Shown here: positions 1-9,513 of the stretch, in pieces
Layout of the letters: every line of letters begins with the position of its first letter
Numbering within the stretch: position 1 is the first letter of the stretch
From: Nitrospirota bacterium
GTDB lineage: Bacteria; Nitrospirota; Thermodesulfovibrionia; Thermodesulfovibrionales; SM23-35
Assembly (NCBI GenBank): GCA_013388605.1
Contig: JACAEY010000068.1
Location: 1 to 53,356 of the forward strand
Length of the DNA: 53,356 nt
Reading direction: 5' to 3'
The notes under the pieces: generated by a model
Databases searched by the model: none
What the model was told of the DNA's origin: nothing
What the model saw: only the letters and a program-made list of their open reading frames with translations
Program-made: the position numbers and the translations under genes

Positions 1-407
1 ACTTTATATTCAGAAACCACTTCAGACATTTTAGGGTCAAATCTTAATCCGCTTATGTCGTTAACCATTGATGCACCAACCTCGAGTGCCCTCTTTGCAA
101 CCTCTGATTTATAAGTATCTATTGAGATAGGTATCTTTATGTTTTTTGAAATTACTTCAATAACCGGGATCGTGCGTCTCAATTCTTCCTCTACAGAAAT
201 AGGGTCTGCGCCAGGTCTTGTTGACTCACCACCAATATCAATAATGTCAGCACCTTCTTCAGCAAGCTTGTATGCCTTTTGGATTGCAGATTGTTTATCA
301 AAATATAGACCTCCATCAGCAAAAGAATCTGGAGTTACATTCAGAATTCCCATAATATAGGTTTTCTTTGAGAAGTTTAATGAAAATTTTCCCCAGGCAA
401 GTTTCAT
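1..407 (-). CDS. folP: dihydropteroate synthase, N-terminal part (3' end lies beyond window start)
   Basis: Absent from the ORF track because it has no stop in the window. Minus-strand translation from the ATG at 405-407 reads MKLAWGKFSLNFSKKTYIMGILNVTPDSFADGGLYFD...EGADIIDIGGESTRPGA...SIDTYKSEVA. These are classic DHPS N-terminal motifs. The 139..360 + ORF is its antisense shadow. Confidence 0.85.
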   Translation of the reverse strand, partial: MKLAWGKFSLNFSKKTYIMGILNVTPDSFADGGLYFDKQSAIQKAYKLAEEGADIIDIGGESTRPGADPISVEEELRRTIPVIEVISKNIKIPISIDTYKSEVAKRALEVGASMVNDISGLRFDPKMSEVVSEYK

Positions 408-782
408 AATTAGAATATCTCAAGACCAAGATGCCCAAAATGTTCATCAAATGTGAGCGGCATACTTCGTAATCCTCTCTAATGTATCTTAATATACACT
501 ACTGAATTAATTTTGCAATACCATTAATGATATATGGGCGTAATCCATTTCTTGTATCATAACAAGAAGAATTTATTCAACATTGGAGAACTCTTGACGA
601 GTCCATATTACAAAGAGTACTAATACATATATATAATTGGAGATGGATTTATGAGATCAAAGCTGAATATTTAAAACAAATTTCTCAAGGTATTGTAATT
701 GCTTTATGCAAAGTATTTCTTACAACCAAGCCAAGTGCAGCTATAATATGGAAAAAAGGGGGACTGAAAAGTTTTCGGTAGG

Positions 783-1187
783 GTGGATATGTATAGCACA
801 AAAGAGATAGAAGAAAAACTGAGAAATCTTTGGAGAGAATTAAAGGCACAACAATTAAATAATGACCAACTCCGTTATTTTATCATGCTACTTGAGATCA
901 TCAAGACAGAAGCAGGAGAAAAACTTTTAGAGCAGAATCCTGCAGACTATGATCTGCGACACATCATTCTCTGGATTGATTCTTTAAGAGAAAAGGCTGC
1001 AAAAAAATTGCTTGAACAGAATCCGAAAAATTATGATCTCCGTTTTATTATGAGCCTGGTTGATGAATTCAAGGTTGAGGCTGGTAAAAGACTCTTAAAA
1101 CAAAACCCATCGGAGATGGAACTTCGCTGTATTATCAATAATGTCGAGTCCCTCAGGTCAGAGGCACAGAAGATGCTCAGAAAATAA
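783..1187 (+). CDS. small protein made of four ~28-aa tandem repeats, unknown function
   Basis: 134-aa ORF with a GTG at 783 or an ATG at 789. Repeat units are (E/A)(A)GxKLLxQNPxxY(D/E)LRxIIxxVxxL(R/K)xE, seen three times cleanly plus one degenerate unit. No family recognised. Confidence 0.45.
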   Translation: MDMYSTKEIEEKLRNLWRELKAQQLNNDQLRYFIMLLEIIKTEAGEKLLEQNPADYDLRHIILWIDSLREKAAKKLLEQNPKNYDLRFIMSLVDEFKVEAGKRLLKQNPSEMELRCIINNVESLRSEAQKMLRK

Positions 1188-1730
1188 AATGTTTTTCAGG
1201 CCTTTTCTTTCCACGAGTTTTTTCCATCTTTTATATACAAAGACCATTTCTATAAAGTCTTCCCTGAGGATAGGATCCTGAAGCCTTACATCATCTGTAA
1301 CAGGGATAAGTGGAAAATGTCTTATAAATGTGCCTCCAAATATACCAACCCCTTTGCTACCTGGTATACCCGTAGGTGTATAGACTTTAACTCCGCCGAT
1401 GCCTGAACTTGGAGACTTGCTCTTGAAGATAAATCCACAAAGGTTTTCATAAGCGAGTTCTTTTATTTTCTTTTCTGCCCATTTTAACATTCCTATAGTA
1501 TGATCAACTCCTGTATGAACAGTTACAAGTCGAGGTGTTTCAGGGTCACCAACTAAATGCATTTCCTCTCTTGGGACAGGTAGACCATATTCAACTTCAG
1601 GACAAACAGGGACCCACTCAAAATACATCCCAAGTGTTTCAGTAATATACCTATCTAATTTATGCCCTCCATCATAACGAACCTTCTCACCAAGAAGGCA
1701 TGAACTAATCCCAATCTTAATTTTTTTCAT
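1158..1730 (-). CDS. DUF523 family protein (YbbK/TudS-like), without a full DUF1722 half
   Basis: 190 aa. The N-terminus MKKIKIGISSCLLGEKVRYDGGHK...VPVCPEV is typical of DUF523. It ends on a TGA at 1158-1160 and overlaps the convergent repeat-protein ORF by 30 nt. Confidence 0.7.
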   Translation of the reverse strand: MKKIKIGISSCLLGEKVRYDGGHKLDRYITETLGMYFEWVPVCPEVEYGLPVPREEMHLVGDPETPRLVTVHTGVDHTIGMLKWAEKKIKELAYENLCGFIFKSKSPSSGIGGVKVYTPTGIPGSKGVGIFGGTFIRHFPLIPVTDDVRLQDPILREDFIEMVFVYKRWKKLVERKGLKNILFSEHLLCL

Positions 1731-1848
1731 TTCTTGTTTTCAAACTACTAACACATTTCTTTATTGCTCAACTCATGAAATTTTTTAAACTCAATAAGAT
1801 AAAAATAGTAACAATATAGCTAATTCATTCTAAGAGAAATGGGTTGTG

Positions 1849-3657
1849 CTAAACCTGAACAGTCCTTTTCGAGGTCACTTCCTGAATGAGTGCATCTATC
1901 TCACTGCCTTCGATGGTTTCTTTTTCAAGCAGAGTCTTTGCCAGAGTCTCAAGAAGGTCAAGATTTTCTGTAATAAGTTTCTTAGATGTATTGTATGCCT
2001 CAATCACAATCCTTTTAACCTCTTCATCTATCTCAATTGCTGTCTTTTCACTGTAATCCTTGTGCCTTGCTATCTCTTTCCCAAGAAATATATGCTCATC
2101 CTTTTTCCCGAATGTGAGGGGACCAAGTCTTTCAGACATTCCCCATTCAGTTACCATCTTTCTTGCAAGCTCTGTTGCCCGCTCAAGGTCATTACCAGCC
2201 CCTGTTGTCATATGCTTAAGGGCTATTTCTTCTGCTGCCCTTCCTCCAAGCAGTACACTAAGTGCCTTCATAAGATAGTCCCTGGAATAGGTATATCTGT
2301 CATCCATCGGTAACTGCTGTGTAACTCCGAGTGACATTCCTCTGGGTATGATACTTACCTTATGAATTGGATCAGTCCCGGGCGTTAGCTTTGCCACAAG
2401 TGCATGTCCTGCCTCATGGTATGCGGTGTTCTTTTTTTCTGTCTCACTTATAATCATGCTCTTTCTTTCTACACCCATCAACACTTTGTCTTTTGCAAAT
2501 TCGAAATCAGACATCTCAACCTTTGTTTTTGATTTTCTTGCTGCAAGAAGTGCTGCTTCATTAACAAGATTTGCAAGGTCAGCCCCTGAAAACCCAGGGG
2601 TTCCACGTGCTATCTGCTCTAGATTAACTTTTTCATCAAGTGGGATATTTCTTGTATGAACTTTAAGTATCTCAAGGCGTCCTTTTACATCTGGCTGGGG
2701 AACTACCACCTGCCTGTCAAACCTACCAGGTCTTAGGAGCGCTGGGTCAAGGACGTCAGGTCTGTTTGTTGCAGCAATGATTATGATTCCTTGGTTGGTC
2801 TCAAAGCCGTCCATCTCAACAAGGAGTTGGTTCAAAGTCTGTTCCCTTTCGTCATGTCCTCCACCAAGACCAGCACCTCTATGACGACCAACAGCATCAA
2901 GCTCATCAATAAAAATAATACATGGTGCGTTCTTCTTTGCCTGGTCAAAAAGGTCTCTAACTCTTGAGGCTCCAACCCCCACAAAGAGCTCAACAAAATC
3001 AGAGCCTGATATTGAAAAGAAGGGAACACCAGCCTCCCCCGCTATTGCCCTTGCAAGAAGTGTCTTCCCGGTACCCGGTGCACCCACCAAAAGTACACCT
3101 TTTGGAATCTTACCCCCGAGTTTCTGGAACTTTTGAGGTGCTTTGAGAAAATCGATAATTTCCTGAACCTCAGCCTTAGCTTCTTCAATTCCAGCAACAT
3201 CTGAAAAAGTTACCTTTACAGACTTTTCAGATGCCAATCGTGCTTTTGCCTTGCCAAAGGATAAAGCCCTATTTCCACCAGTCTGCATCTGACGCATAAA
3301 GAATATCCATATAACTGCGAGTAAAATGATCGGACCCCATGAGAAAAATAGATTCCAGTACCATGGATTCTGTTCAGTTGGCTTTACTGTAATCTTTACA
3401 TTTTGAGAACGTAAAATCTTTATGAGATCAGGATATTCAGGCACATGTGTCCTGAACTTCTTCCCATCTTTGAATTGCCCTGTTATATTGTTCTCTTTTA
3501 TAATGACATTTTCAACTTCACTATTCTCGAGTCGCGACATAAAATCAGAGAATATTATCTCTTCTCCTGTCTTCTTGGGGACGTTGACAAGATTAAAAAG
3601 AACAATGATCATTGCACCGATAAGGAGCCAAACTAATAAGCTTCTATATATATTCAA
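1849..3657 (-). CDS. ftsH: ATP-dependent zinc metalloprotease FtsH
   Basis: 602 aa with N-terminal TM segments, AAA Walker [12 protein letters not shown], and the zinc site HEAGHALV. Confidence 0.97.
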   Translation of the reverse strand: MNIYRSLLVWLLIGAMIIVLFNLVNVPKKTGEEIIFSDFMSRLENSEVENVIIKENNITGQFKDGKKFRTHVPEYPDLIKILRSQNVKITVKPTEQNPWYWNLFFSWGPIILLAVIWIFFMRQMQTGGNRALSFGKAKARLASEKSVKVTFSDVAGIEEAKAEVQEIIDFLKAPQKFQKLGGKIPKGVLLVGAPGTGKTLLARAIAGEAGVPFFSISGSDFVELFVGVGASRVRDLFDQAKKNAPCIIFIDELDAVGRHRGAGLGGGHDEREQTLNQLLVEMDGFETNQGIIIIAATNRPDVLDPALLRPGRFDRQVVVPQPDVKGRLEILKVHTRNIPLDEKVNLEQIARGTPGFSGADLANLVNEAALLAARKSKTKVEMSDFEFAKDKVLMGVERKSMIISETEKKNTAYHEAGHALVAKLTPGTDPIHKVSIIPRGMSLGVTQQLPMDDRYTYSRDYLMKALSVLLGGRAAEEIALKHMTTGAGNDLERATELARKMVTEWGMSERLGPLTFGKKDEHIFLGKEIARHKDYSEKTAIEIDEEVKRIVIEAYNTSKKLITENLDLLETLAKTLLEKETIEGSEIDALIQEVTSKRTVQV

Positions 3658-3689
3658 AATTCTTATTCCTCCAATACTATTTTACCACA

Positions 3690-4427
3690 CTAAAGACTAA
3701 CCATAACTCCACTTAGCTCTATTATTCCTTTCTGAATCTTTATAAGAGTATTAATACCCTCTTCAGCAAGACTGATGAGAGAATTTAATGTACCTTTTGA
3801 AAAAGGTGAACCTTCTGCTGTACCTTGAATTTCTACAAATCTACCACTACCGGTCATTACAACATTCATATCCACTGAGGCTATAGAATCTTCTAAATAG
3901 CATAGATCAAGTCTTGGTTCGCCATTTATAATTCCTACGCTTATTGCAGCTAAATAGTCTTTGAGTGGCGTCTTTTCTATAAGCCCATTTCTCAGAGCAT
4001 ATCTCAGAGCATCGGCAAGAGATATGAAAGACCCTGTTATCGCTGCTGTTCTTGTTCCTCCATCTGCTTGTATTACATCACAGTCTATCCATATTGTTCT
4101 CTCGCCAATACCTGATAGATCAACAACAGACCTGAGTGAACGTCCTATAAGTCTCTGTATTTCATGAGTCCTTCCTGTAATCTTACCTGTTGTAGATTCC
4201 CTTATAATTCTCGTTGAAGTTGCTCTCGGAAGCATCGAATATTCTGCTGTTATCCATCCCTTTTTCTGATCTTTCAGAAAAGGCGGAACTTTGTCCTCTA
4301 TTGTTGCTGTACATATCACCCTTGTGTTTCCCATTTCTATCATAACCGAACCTTCAGCAGTCTTTATAAAGTTTCTGTGTATCCTCACCTCGCGCATCTC
4401 GTTATTCTTTCTTCCATCTGGTCTCAT
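3690..4427 (-). CDS. rph: ribonuclease PH
   Basis: 245 aa. [14 protein letters not shown]..., [12 protein letters not shown] and the overall length are typical of RNase PH. Confidence 0.95.
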   Translation of the reverse strand: MRPDGRKNNEMREVRIHRNFIKTAEGSVMIEMGNTRVICTATIEDKVPPFLKDQKKGWITAEYSMLPRATSTRIIRESTTGKITGRTHEIQRLIGRSLRSVVDLSGIGERTIWIDCDVIQADGGTRTAAITGSFISLADALRYALRNGLIEKTPLKDYLAAISVGIINGEPRLDLCYLEDSIASVDMNVVMTGSGRFVEIQGTAEGSPFSKGTLNSLISLAEEGINTLIKIQKGIIELSGVMVSL

Positions 4428-4474
4428 CTATTACCCAAATTTTAATTCAAACTCTCTTTAATTTTAACTGATTA

Positions 4475-5278
4475 TCAGAGTTTTATCATCTCTATGTGCT
4501 CTATGCTACTTCCTAAAAAGCGTTCACCTACTATTACAAATCTTTCAGGCAAATCAGTTACATAAAATTCTCTTAATGCACCGCCTTGATATCCCTTTTT
4601 TAAATCAGAAGTCTCCAGAATCTCCTTAATCTCTTTAGCAACCTCAACAGCAGAATCTATTAGTGTTACTTCTTTATCCATTACTTTTGAAATAACTCCT
4701 TTCAGTAAAGGATAATGGGTGCATCCAAGAACAAGAGTGTCTATGCCTATGTCCTTCATATCCAATAGATATTTCTCTGCAACCATGGTAGCTATTTCTC
4801 CCTCTACCCAACCTTCTTCAACTAAAGGCACGAACAGGGGGCAGGGAAGTTGGTAAACCTCTATATCTCTATCAACAGACTTAATTGACTTTTCATAAGA
4901 GCTACTTCTTATAGTTGCCTCTGTTCCTATCACTCCAACTCTCTTATTTCTTGTTGTTCTAACAGCAGCCTTTGCCCCTGGTTCAATTACACCGACAACT
5001 GGTATAGAAACAGTTCTTCTAATACTATCAAGACTGATAGAAGATGCTGTATTACATGCTACTACAAGGAGCTTTATATCTTTTGAATAAAGGAAATGGG
5101 TATTTTCGAGTGAGTATCTTATGACAGTCTCAGGAGAACGTATACCGTAAGGGACTCTCGCTGTATCTCCGAGATAAATAGTACTCTCATTTGGCATCTC
5201 TTTTATTATCTCCTTCAAAACAGTTAGCCCCCCTATCCCTGAATCAAAGACTCCAATAGGTCTGTATTTATTATCCAT
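4475..5278 (-). CDS. murI: glutamate racemase
   Basis: 267 aa with IGVFDSGIGGLTV, VVACNTAS and LGCTHYP motifs. Confidence 0.95.
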   Translation of the reverse strand: MDNKYRPIGVFDSGIGGLTVLKEIIKEMPNESTIYLGDTARVPYGIRSPETVIRYSLENTHFLYSKDIKLLVVACNTASSISLDSIRRTVSIPVVGVIEPGAKAAVRTTRNKRVGVIGTEATIRSSSYEKSIKSVDRDIEVYQLPCPLFVPLVEEGWVEGEIATMVAEKYLLDMKDIGIDTLVLGCTHYPLLKGVISKVMDKEVTLIDSAVEVAKEIKEILETSDLKKGYQGGALREFYVTDLPERFVIVGERFLGSSIEHIEMIKL

Positions 5279-5340
5279 TTACCCTAAGACCTTGAAACTT
5301 TATAATATATTTTTCAGATTAAAGAATTTAATCCTACTAT

Positions 5341-5940
5341 CTAATTGTTACTATCCTCTTTTTCAACCTTTGACTTAATTAAATCATATGAAACCAGACT
5401 TTTTAATGGATAAGAGAGGAAAAAATGTCCACCAAGTGTTTCAATCTCCCTACCTTCTATTAAAATCTTTATATCTTCTAAATCATTAAGATTAGATGTA
5501 AGACTATCATATAACCCTTTAAGAATAAGGTATTCTGTAAGAGCATCGCCCTGAAAATTTCTTCTAAACTCTTCAGAGAGGTCTATATACAGGATTCTGT
5601 CTGCATCCCTGTAAATACCAAGAACCTTTGCATTCTTTGGAATTTCAGATGAATGTGATATAGCAGGACCTTTGAGGAACTCTTCAACAACTTTTTGAGC
5701 AATCGCCATCTGGGTAGTCCTGACCTGCACCCCCTTTTCTTCTATCAAAAGACGATTCTCTACGGGGTAATAAATCTTCAGAAAAATAAGGTCTTCTGTC
5801 TTTGGTAGGATATCGATCCTTTCTTCTGAGACAGTAACTTCTTTTGAATAGGTCTTTGAGAAATATATATATCCTGCTGCCAGACCACCTACAAAAAGAA
5901 GTGCGAAAATTGATATAATTAAAAGTCTTCTCGAGCTCAT
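5341..5940 (-). CDS. GerMN domain-containing membrane-anchored protein
   Basis: 199 aa with an N-terminal TM/signal anchor and a GerMN-like core (..EEFLKGP....L.IYRD.D.ILYIDLS.EF..). It lies directly downstream of an amidase, a common arrangement. Confidence 0.6.
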   Translation of the reverse strand: MSSRRLLIISIFALLFVGGLAAGYIYFSKTYSKEVTVSEERIDILPKTEDLIFLKIYYPVENRLLIEEKGVQVRTTQMAIAQKVVEEFLKGPAISHSSEIPKNAKVLGIYRDADRILYIDLSEEFRRNFQGDALTEYLILKGLYDSLTSNLNDLEDIKILIEGREIETLGGHFFLSYPLKSLVSYDLIKSKVEKEDSNN

Positions 5941-5960
5941 TCCCTCAAATACCTTCTTAT

Positions 5961-6896
5961 TTATTGCCCATAGGATGCTATTCCATTTAAAATTGACTTT
6001 ATTAATCTTTCCCTCATAGTCTGGTCATAATTAACAAATCTTGGGGAGGGAAATTCTAATATGACAGCAGGCGCCCCAGCAGAATTGAGTATAGGAATAG
6101 GCATTTCTCTATAAATGACCTTTTTTTGAAACTCATTTTTTATAGCCATTCCTAAGCTGTCAGAAATGGCCTTGCTTTTATCTAAGAATTTTTTTTGCCT
6201 TGATGAGAGGCTATATACATCAAAGATTTCATCCATTACACCTTGTTTGAAACTCGCAGTATATATTACAAACTCCTCAGATACTGATGAGTGCAAACTC
6301 ATAAATATATCAGGATTTTTTTGATTGACAAACTTTATTCTATCAATAATCGATAAATATTGATCTACCTTTCGTGTGAGAAAGACTTTTTTCCCTCTCT
6401 TAGAAAGAAACGCATCAAGTTCCTTAACGAGATTTAAACTTATATCTTTTTCATTAGAATCCTCTGCAGTTATTCCAAAATCATAACCACCATGTCCTGC
6501 ATCAAAGACAAAAACCTTTGGAGCAATCATTAGTGATTTATTTTCACCCTTGTGAATATCAAAAACCAGCCTCGGTGGACTGGAAAGTCTGAGTAGCTTC
6601 ACTTCACCTTTTTCTTCAAGGTTTATCAAAAGGGATCTATCTTTTATCTCCATTTTAAAAGGAATCCCTTCTTTTGGCGAAAGATTGTAAGAACCTGGAA
6701 ATTCCAATCTTATATACGAAGGTGAAGTAATCACCTTTGTATTACTAATGAAAGACTCTTCAGCCTCAAAAACAATTCTCAAAGCTCCTTCCTGACTACT
6801 GAATTTCAGTAAAACATCCGTTTTTTTCTGGGCAATCAGGGATGTAGTTATAATCAAAAATATTAGTGAGGTAATAAATACTATTTTTCTATTCAA
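5961..6896 (-). CDS. N-acetylmuramoyl-L-alanine amidase (AMIN domain + Amidase_3)
   Basis: 311 aa with a TTG start and a signal peptide. AMIN-like N-terminal part, then the DAGHGGYDFG...SLHS amidase_3 motifs. Confidence 0.85.
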   Translation of the reverse strand: MNRKIVFITSLIFLIITTSLIAQKKTDVLLKFSSQEGALRIVFEAEESFISNTKVITSPSYIRLEFPGSYNLSPKEGIPFKMEIKDRSLLINLEEKGEVKLLRLSSPPRLVFDIHKGENKSLMIAPKVFVFDAGHGGYDFGITAEDSNEKDISLNLVKELDAFLSKRGKKVFLTRKVDQYLSIIDRIKFVNQKNPDIFMSLHSSVSEEFVIYTASFKQGVMDEIFDVYSLSSRQKKFLDKSKAISDSLGMAIKNEFQKKVIYREMPIPILNSAGAPAVILEFPSPRFVNYDQTMRERLIKSILNGIASYGQ

Positions 6897-7040
6897 AACC
6901 CATTACCTATCATTTCTGAATTGCTTTCAATATTATTTATTATTTAACTCAAATAATGTAGACATTACTAGAAAATTCATTTAACTCGATGGATTATTGG
7001 AAATATCTTTATTTGTCATATTCATGAAAATATTCCTTAA

Positions 7041-7181
7041 ACCCGAATTACGCAAGGCTCACTATAAAACCTTTGTAGCCGCAGGCTTTAGCCTGCGTTT
7101 TAAATCTCATAAAAGTGGTTTAAAGGTTGTATAAATCCACGCAACCTAAAGGTTGCGGCTACACCCTTGCATAATACGGGT
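7041..7181. repeat. MITE-like palindromic element, copy A
   Basis: About 140 nt, roughly 97% identical (4 mismatches in the core by eye) to the reverse complement of 16405..16545. Imperfect terminal inverted repeats are acccgaattacgcaagg and ccttgcataatacgggt. Two related subterminal hairpins are gtagccgcaggctttagcctgcg and cgcaacctaaaggttgcggctac. Confidence 0.8.
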
Positions 7182-7302
7182 TAAACTATCAATTAAAGGT
7201 ACACTAAGTATTGATCCCGATCTGATCGGGATTCACAGTCTTTATTATATTAATGCATTTTTAGGGTTAAGGACTTTAAGATTTTAAGAGAAAAATTCAA
7301 TA

Positions 7303-7648
7303 TGGTGGAGGCGGCGGGAATTGAACCCGCGTCCGAAAGTATGACCACCCAAATTTCTACATGTTTATTCTGCTTTTTCATCTCGGATAATGAACTGCCA
7401 GCAGAAGGGCTTTTCATTATCCAATCTCCATATTTCTTGCTTTAAGGAAAGGAGAAAATCCTTAAAGCCAGCCTGCTACCGACACTATCTCCAAGACACA
7501 GGCAATCTCGAAGTAGTGTGCTGCTTCAATTAAGCAGCGAGTGCCAGTTCGTTGTTGGCGCTTGTATATGTTTCCGCTTTTTTACGTGGTGACGGAGCCA
7601 CGACATGCTTTCTGAGCTTCATAACCTCCGTCGAGCCCTGTCGCCCCC
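7303..7648 (-). ncRNA. ssrA: tmRNA (SsrA), tag peptide (A)ANNELALAA
   Basis: The 5' end is GGGGGCGACAGGGCTCGACGG and the 3' end is GGACGCGGGTTCAATTCCCGCCGCCTCCACCA. The 7-bp acceptor stem has G3:U and is followed by an encoded CCA. The tag reading frame GCC AAC AAC GAA CTG GCA CTC GCT GCT TAA lies at 7559..7530. Total length is 346 nt. Confidence 0.93.
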
Positions 7649-8072
7649 TTTCTATTTCTCTCCTTGCTTCTCTTTCCTTTATAGCCTCTCTTTTCTCAAA
7701 GAGTCTTTTACCCTTAGCAAGACCTATCTCGAGTTTTGCTAATGAACCCTTAAAATATATTTTGAGTGGAATAAGGGTAAAACCTTTTTCAGCTGTCTTT
7801 CCCCTAAGTCTGTCTATCTCTTTCCTGTGTAGAAGGAGCTTTCGGGTCCTCAAAGGCTCATGATTCATGGTATTTGCATGACTGTAATGTCCAATATGAC
7901 AGTTAATAAGAAAAGCTTCATTTTTTTTAAAACCAACATAACTATCTTTTAGATTAGCCTTACCCTCCCTGAGAGATTTTACTTCTGTACCTAAAAGGGA
8001 AATACCAGCTTCGTATGTCTCCTGAATATGGTAATCATGATATGCCTTTCTATTTTGGCATACTATTTTCAT
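7530..8072 (-). CDS. smpB: SsrA-binding protein SmpB (ORF as it stands runs into ssrA)
   Basis: The SmpB core and basic tail are present ([46 protein letters not shown]). There is no in-frame stop before 7530, so the last 39 codons lie inside the tmRNA gene. The true C-terminus is uncertain. Confidence 0.85.
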   Translation of the reverse strand: MKIVCQNRKAYHDYHIQETYEAGISLLGTEVKSLREGKANLKDSYVGFKKNEAFLINCHIGHYSHANTMNHEPLRTRKLLLHRKEIDRLRGKTAEKGFTLIPLKIYFKGSLAKLEIGLAKGKRLFEKREAIKEREARREIERGRQGSTEVMKLRKHVVAPSPRKKAETYTSANNELALAA

Positions 8073-8115
8073 TTTTTTATTTTACCATAAAAGCTATATG
8101 CCTTCCATTACCACC

Positions 8116-9513
8116 TTACTCATTAAAACCTTTGGTTTCATAATATTGAAGGTAAGAATTACTTAGATTTCTACCTACACAGAAATATTTATATCCTAAT
8201 TTTTTTAGTTTCTGGGGAACATATATGTTTCTTAGGTCGAAGAAGAAAGGTTCTGAAAGGAGCTTTTTCAGTCTTTCAAGCTCTAAGTTCCTGAACTGAT
8301 TCCATTCCGTCATGATAACGAGCGCATGAGCACCTTCTGCAGCTTCATAGGGATCTTTACAGAATTTTATCAACTTAGAACTTGAAGTAGAGAGAGCTGA
8401 ACCTTCACCAGATAACTTAATACTATTTAATAAAAGTTCTCTACTTTTAAATACCGGGTCATAAGCCCTGATCTTTGCCCCTTCTTTAAGTAATCTTCTA
8501 ATTATATAGATGGAAGGTGCATCACGAATATCATCTGTATTTGGTTTAAATGAGAGCCCCAGGATTGCAATAGTCTTGCCTTTTAGCCTTCCAATAGCAT
8601 CCTTTATCTTTTTTGCCATTGACTCCCGCTGTCTTTCATTTGCCCTGACTGCTGCATATATAATTCCAAGCTCCACATTATGTTCCTCAGCCATCTTTAA
8701 AAGTGCCTTTGTGTCTTTTGGAAGACAGGAACCACCATAGCCAGGCCCTGGGTGAAGAAACTTTGGACCTATCCTCTGATCAAGCCCCATGCCTTTTGCA
8801 ACCATATGGACATCAGCCCCTACTTTATCACAGAGATTTGATATCTCATTGATGAAAGAAATCTTTGTTGCAAGGAAAGAATTAGAAGCATACTTGATAA
8901 GTTCTGATGTCTCGATATTCGTAATTACGAAAGGGGTCTCGATAAGATAGAGTGGTTTATAAAGGTCTTTCATTATAGCAACAGCCTGCTGGCTGTCTGC
9001 GCCAATGACAACCCTATTTGGTCTCATGAAATCCTCTATTGCAGAGCCCTCCCTGAGAAATTCAGGGTTTGAGACTATATCAAAGTCAACCTTTTCATTG
9101 AGATGTCTTGATACAATCTTCCTTAGTCTGTCACCTGTTCCAACAGGCACAGTACTCTTTGTAACTATTACCTTATATTCTTTCATATTTACAGCTATCT
9201 CTTTTGCAACCTCTTCTATATAGCTAAGGTCTGCAGAACCATCTCCTCTTGGAGGTGTGCCAACAGAAATGAATAAAACAAGAGATGACCTTACTGCTTC
9301 AGCAATATCTGTTGTAAAGGTTAATCTCCCTTCTTTTATGTTTCTCTGGACAAGCTCTTCAAGACCTGGCTCATAGAAAGGAATTTTGCCCTGTTTCAAG
9401 GATTTTATTTTTTTTGTGTCTTTGTCTACACATGTGACAAATACTCCAAATTCTGCAAAACAGGCACCTGTTACAAGTCCAACATATCCTGTACCAATTA
9501 CTCCTATATGCAT
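8116..9513 (-). CDS. ugd: UDP-glucose 6-dehydrogenase
   Basis: 465 aa with the Rossmann motif IGTGYVGLVTGACFAEFG and the catalytic motif GGSCLPKD. Confidence 0.93.
   Translation of the reverse strand: MHIGVIGTGYVGLVTGACFAEFGVFVTCVDKDTKKIKSLKQGKIPFYEPGLEELVQRNIKEGRLTFTTDIAEAVRSSLVLFISVGTPPRGDGSADLSYIEEVAKEIAVNMKEYKVIVTKSTVPVGTGDRLRKIVSRHLNEKVDFDIVSNPEFLREGSAIEDFMRPNRVVIGADSQQAVAIMKDLYKPLYLIETPFVITNIETSELIKYASNSFLATKISFINEISNLCDKVGADVHMVAKGMGLDQRIGPKFLHPGPGYGGSCLPKDTKALLKMAEEHNVELGIIYAAVRANERQRESMAKKIKDAIGRLKGKTIAILGLSFKPNTDDIRDAPSIYIIRRLLKEGAKIRAYDPVFKSRELLLNSIKLSGEGSALSTSSSKLIKFCKDPYEAAEGAHALVIMTEWNQFRNLELERLKKLLSEPFFFDLRNIYVPQKLKKLGYKYFCVGRNLSNSYLQYYETKGFNE

Noticed and set aside
1095-1160. 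The TGA stop of the DUF523 gene as a possible selenocysteine codon leading into a DUF1722 domain.
   Set aside because: The downstream frame gives only 20 more codons (PEGLDIIDNTAKFHLRWVLF) before a TAA. It has no DUF1722-like sequence, and I saw no hairpin.
1846-2313. Long + strand ORFs lying inside minus-strand genes. Examples are 1846..2313 in ftsH, 26488..26931 in gyrA, 9961..10428 in the GT2 gene, 14443..14805 in the PiT gene and 46857..47195 in dnaA.
   Set aside because: These are antisense shadow ORFs with low-complexity, Ser/Leu/Ile-rich translations. They are fully embedded in confidently identified genes, and no motifs were recognised.
7081-7165. Possible CRISPR repeat, because of the GC-rich hairpin units gtagccgca..ctttag..tgcg inside the repeated element.
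   Set aside because: There are only two hairpins per element, in inverted orientation. There are no regularly spaced direct repeats or spacers and no cas genes. A MITE/REP-like unit explains this better.
7214-7232. Perfect palindrome atcccgatc-t-gatcgggat downstream of ssrA, and a similar hairpin attgtccga-cttga-tcggacaat at 53334..53356. I considered them as the tmRNA terminator or as a second repeat family.
   Set aside because: No U-tract follows on the ssrA strand. There are only two loosely similar copies, and one is cut by the window edge. That is insufficient to call a terminator or a repeat family.
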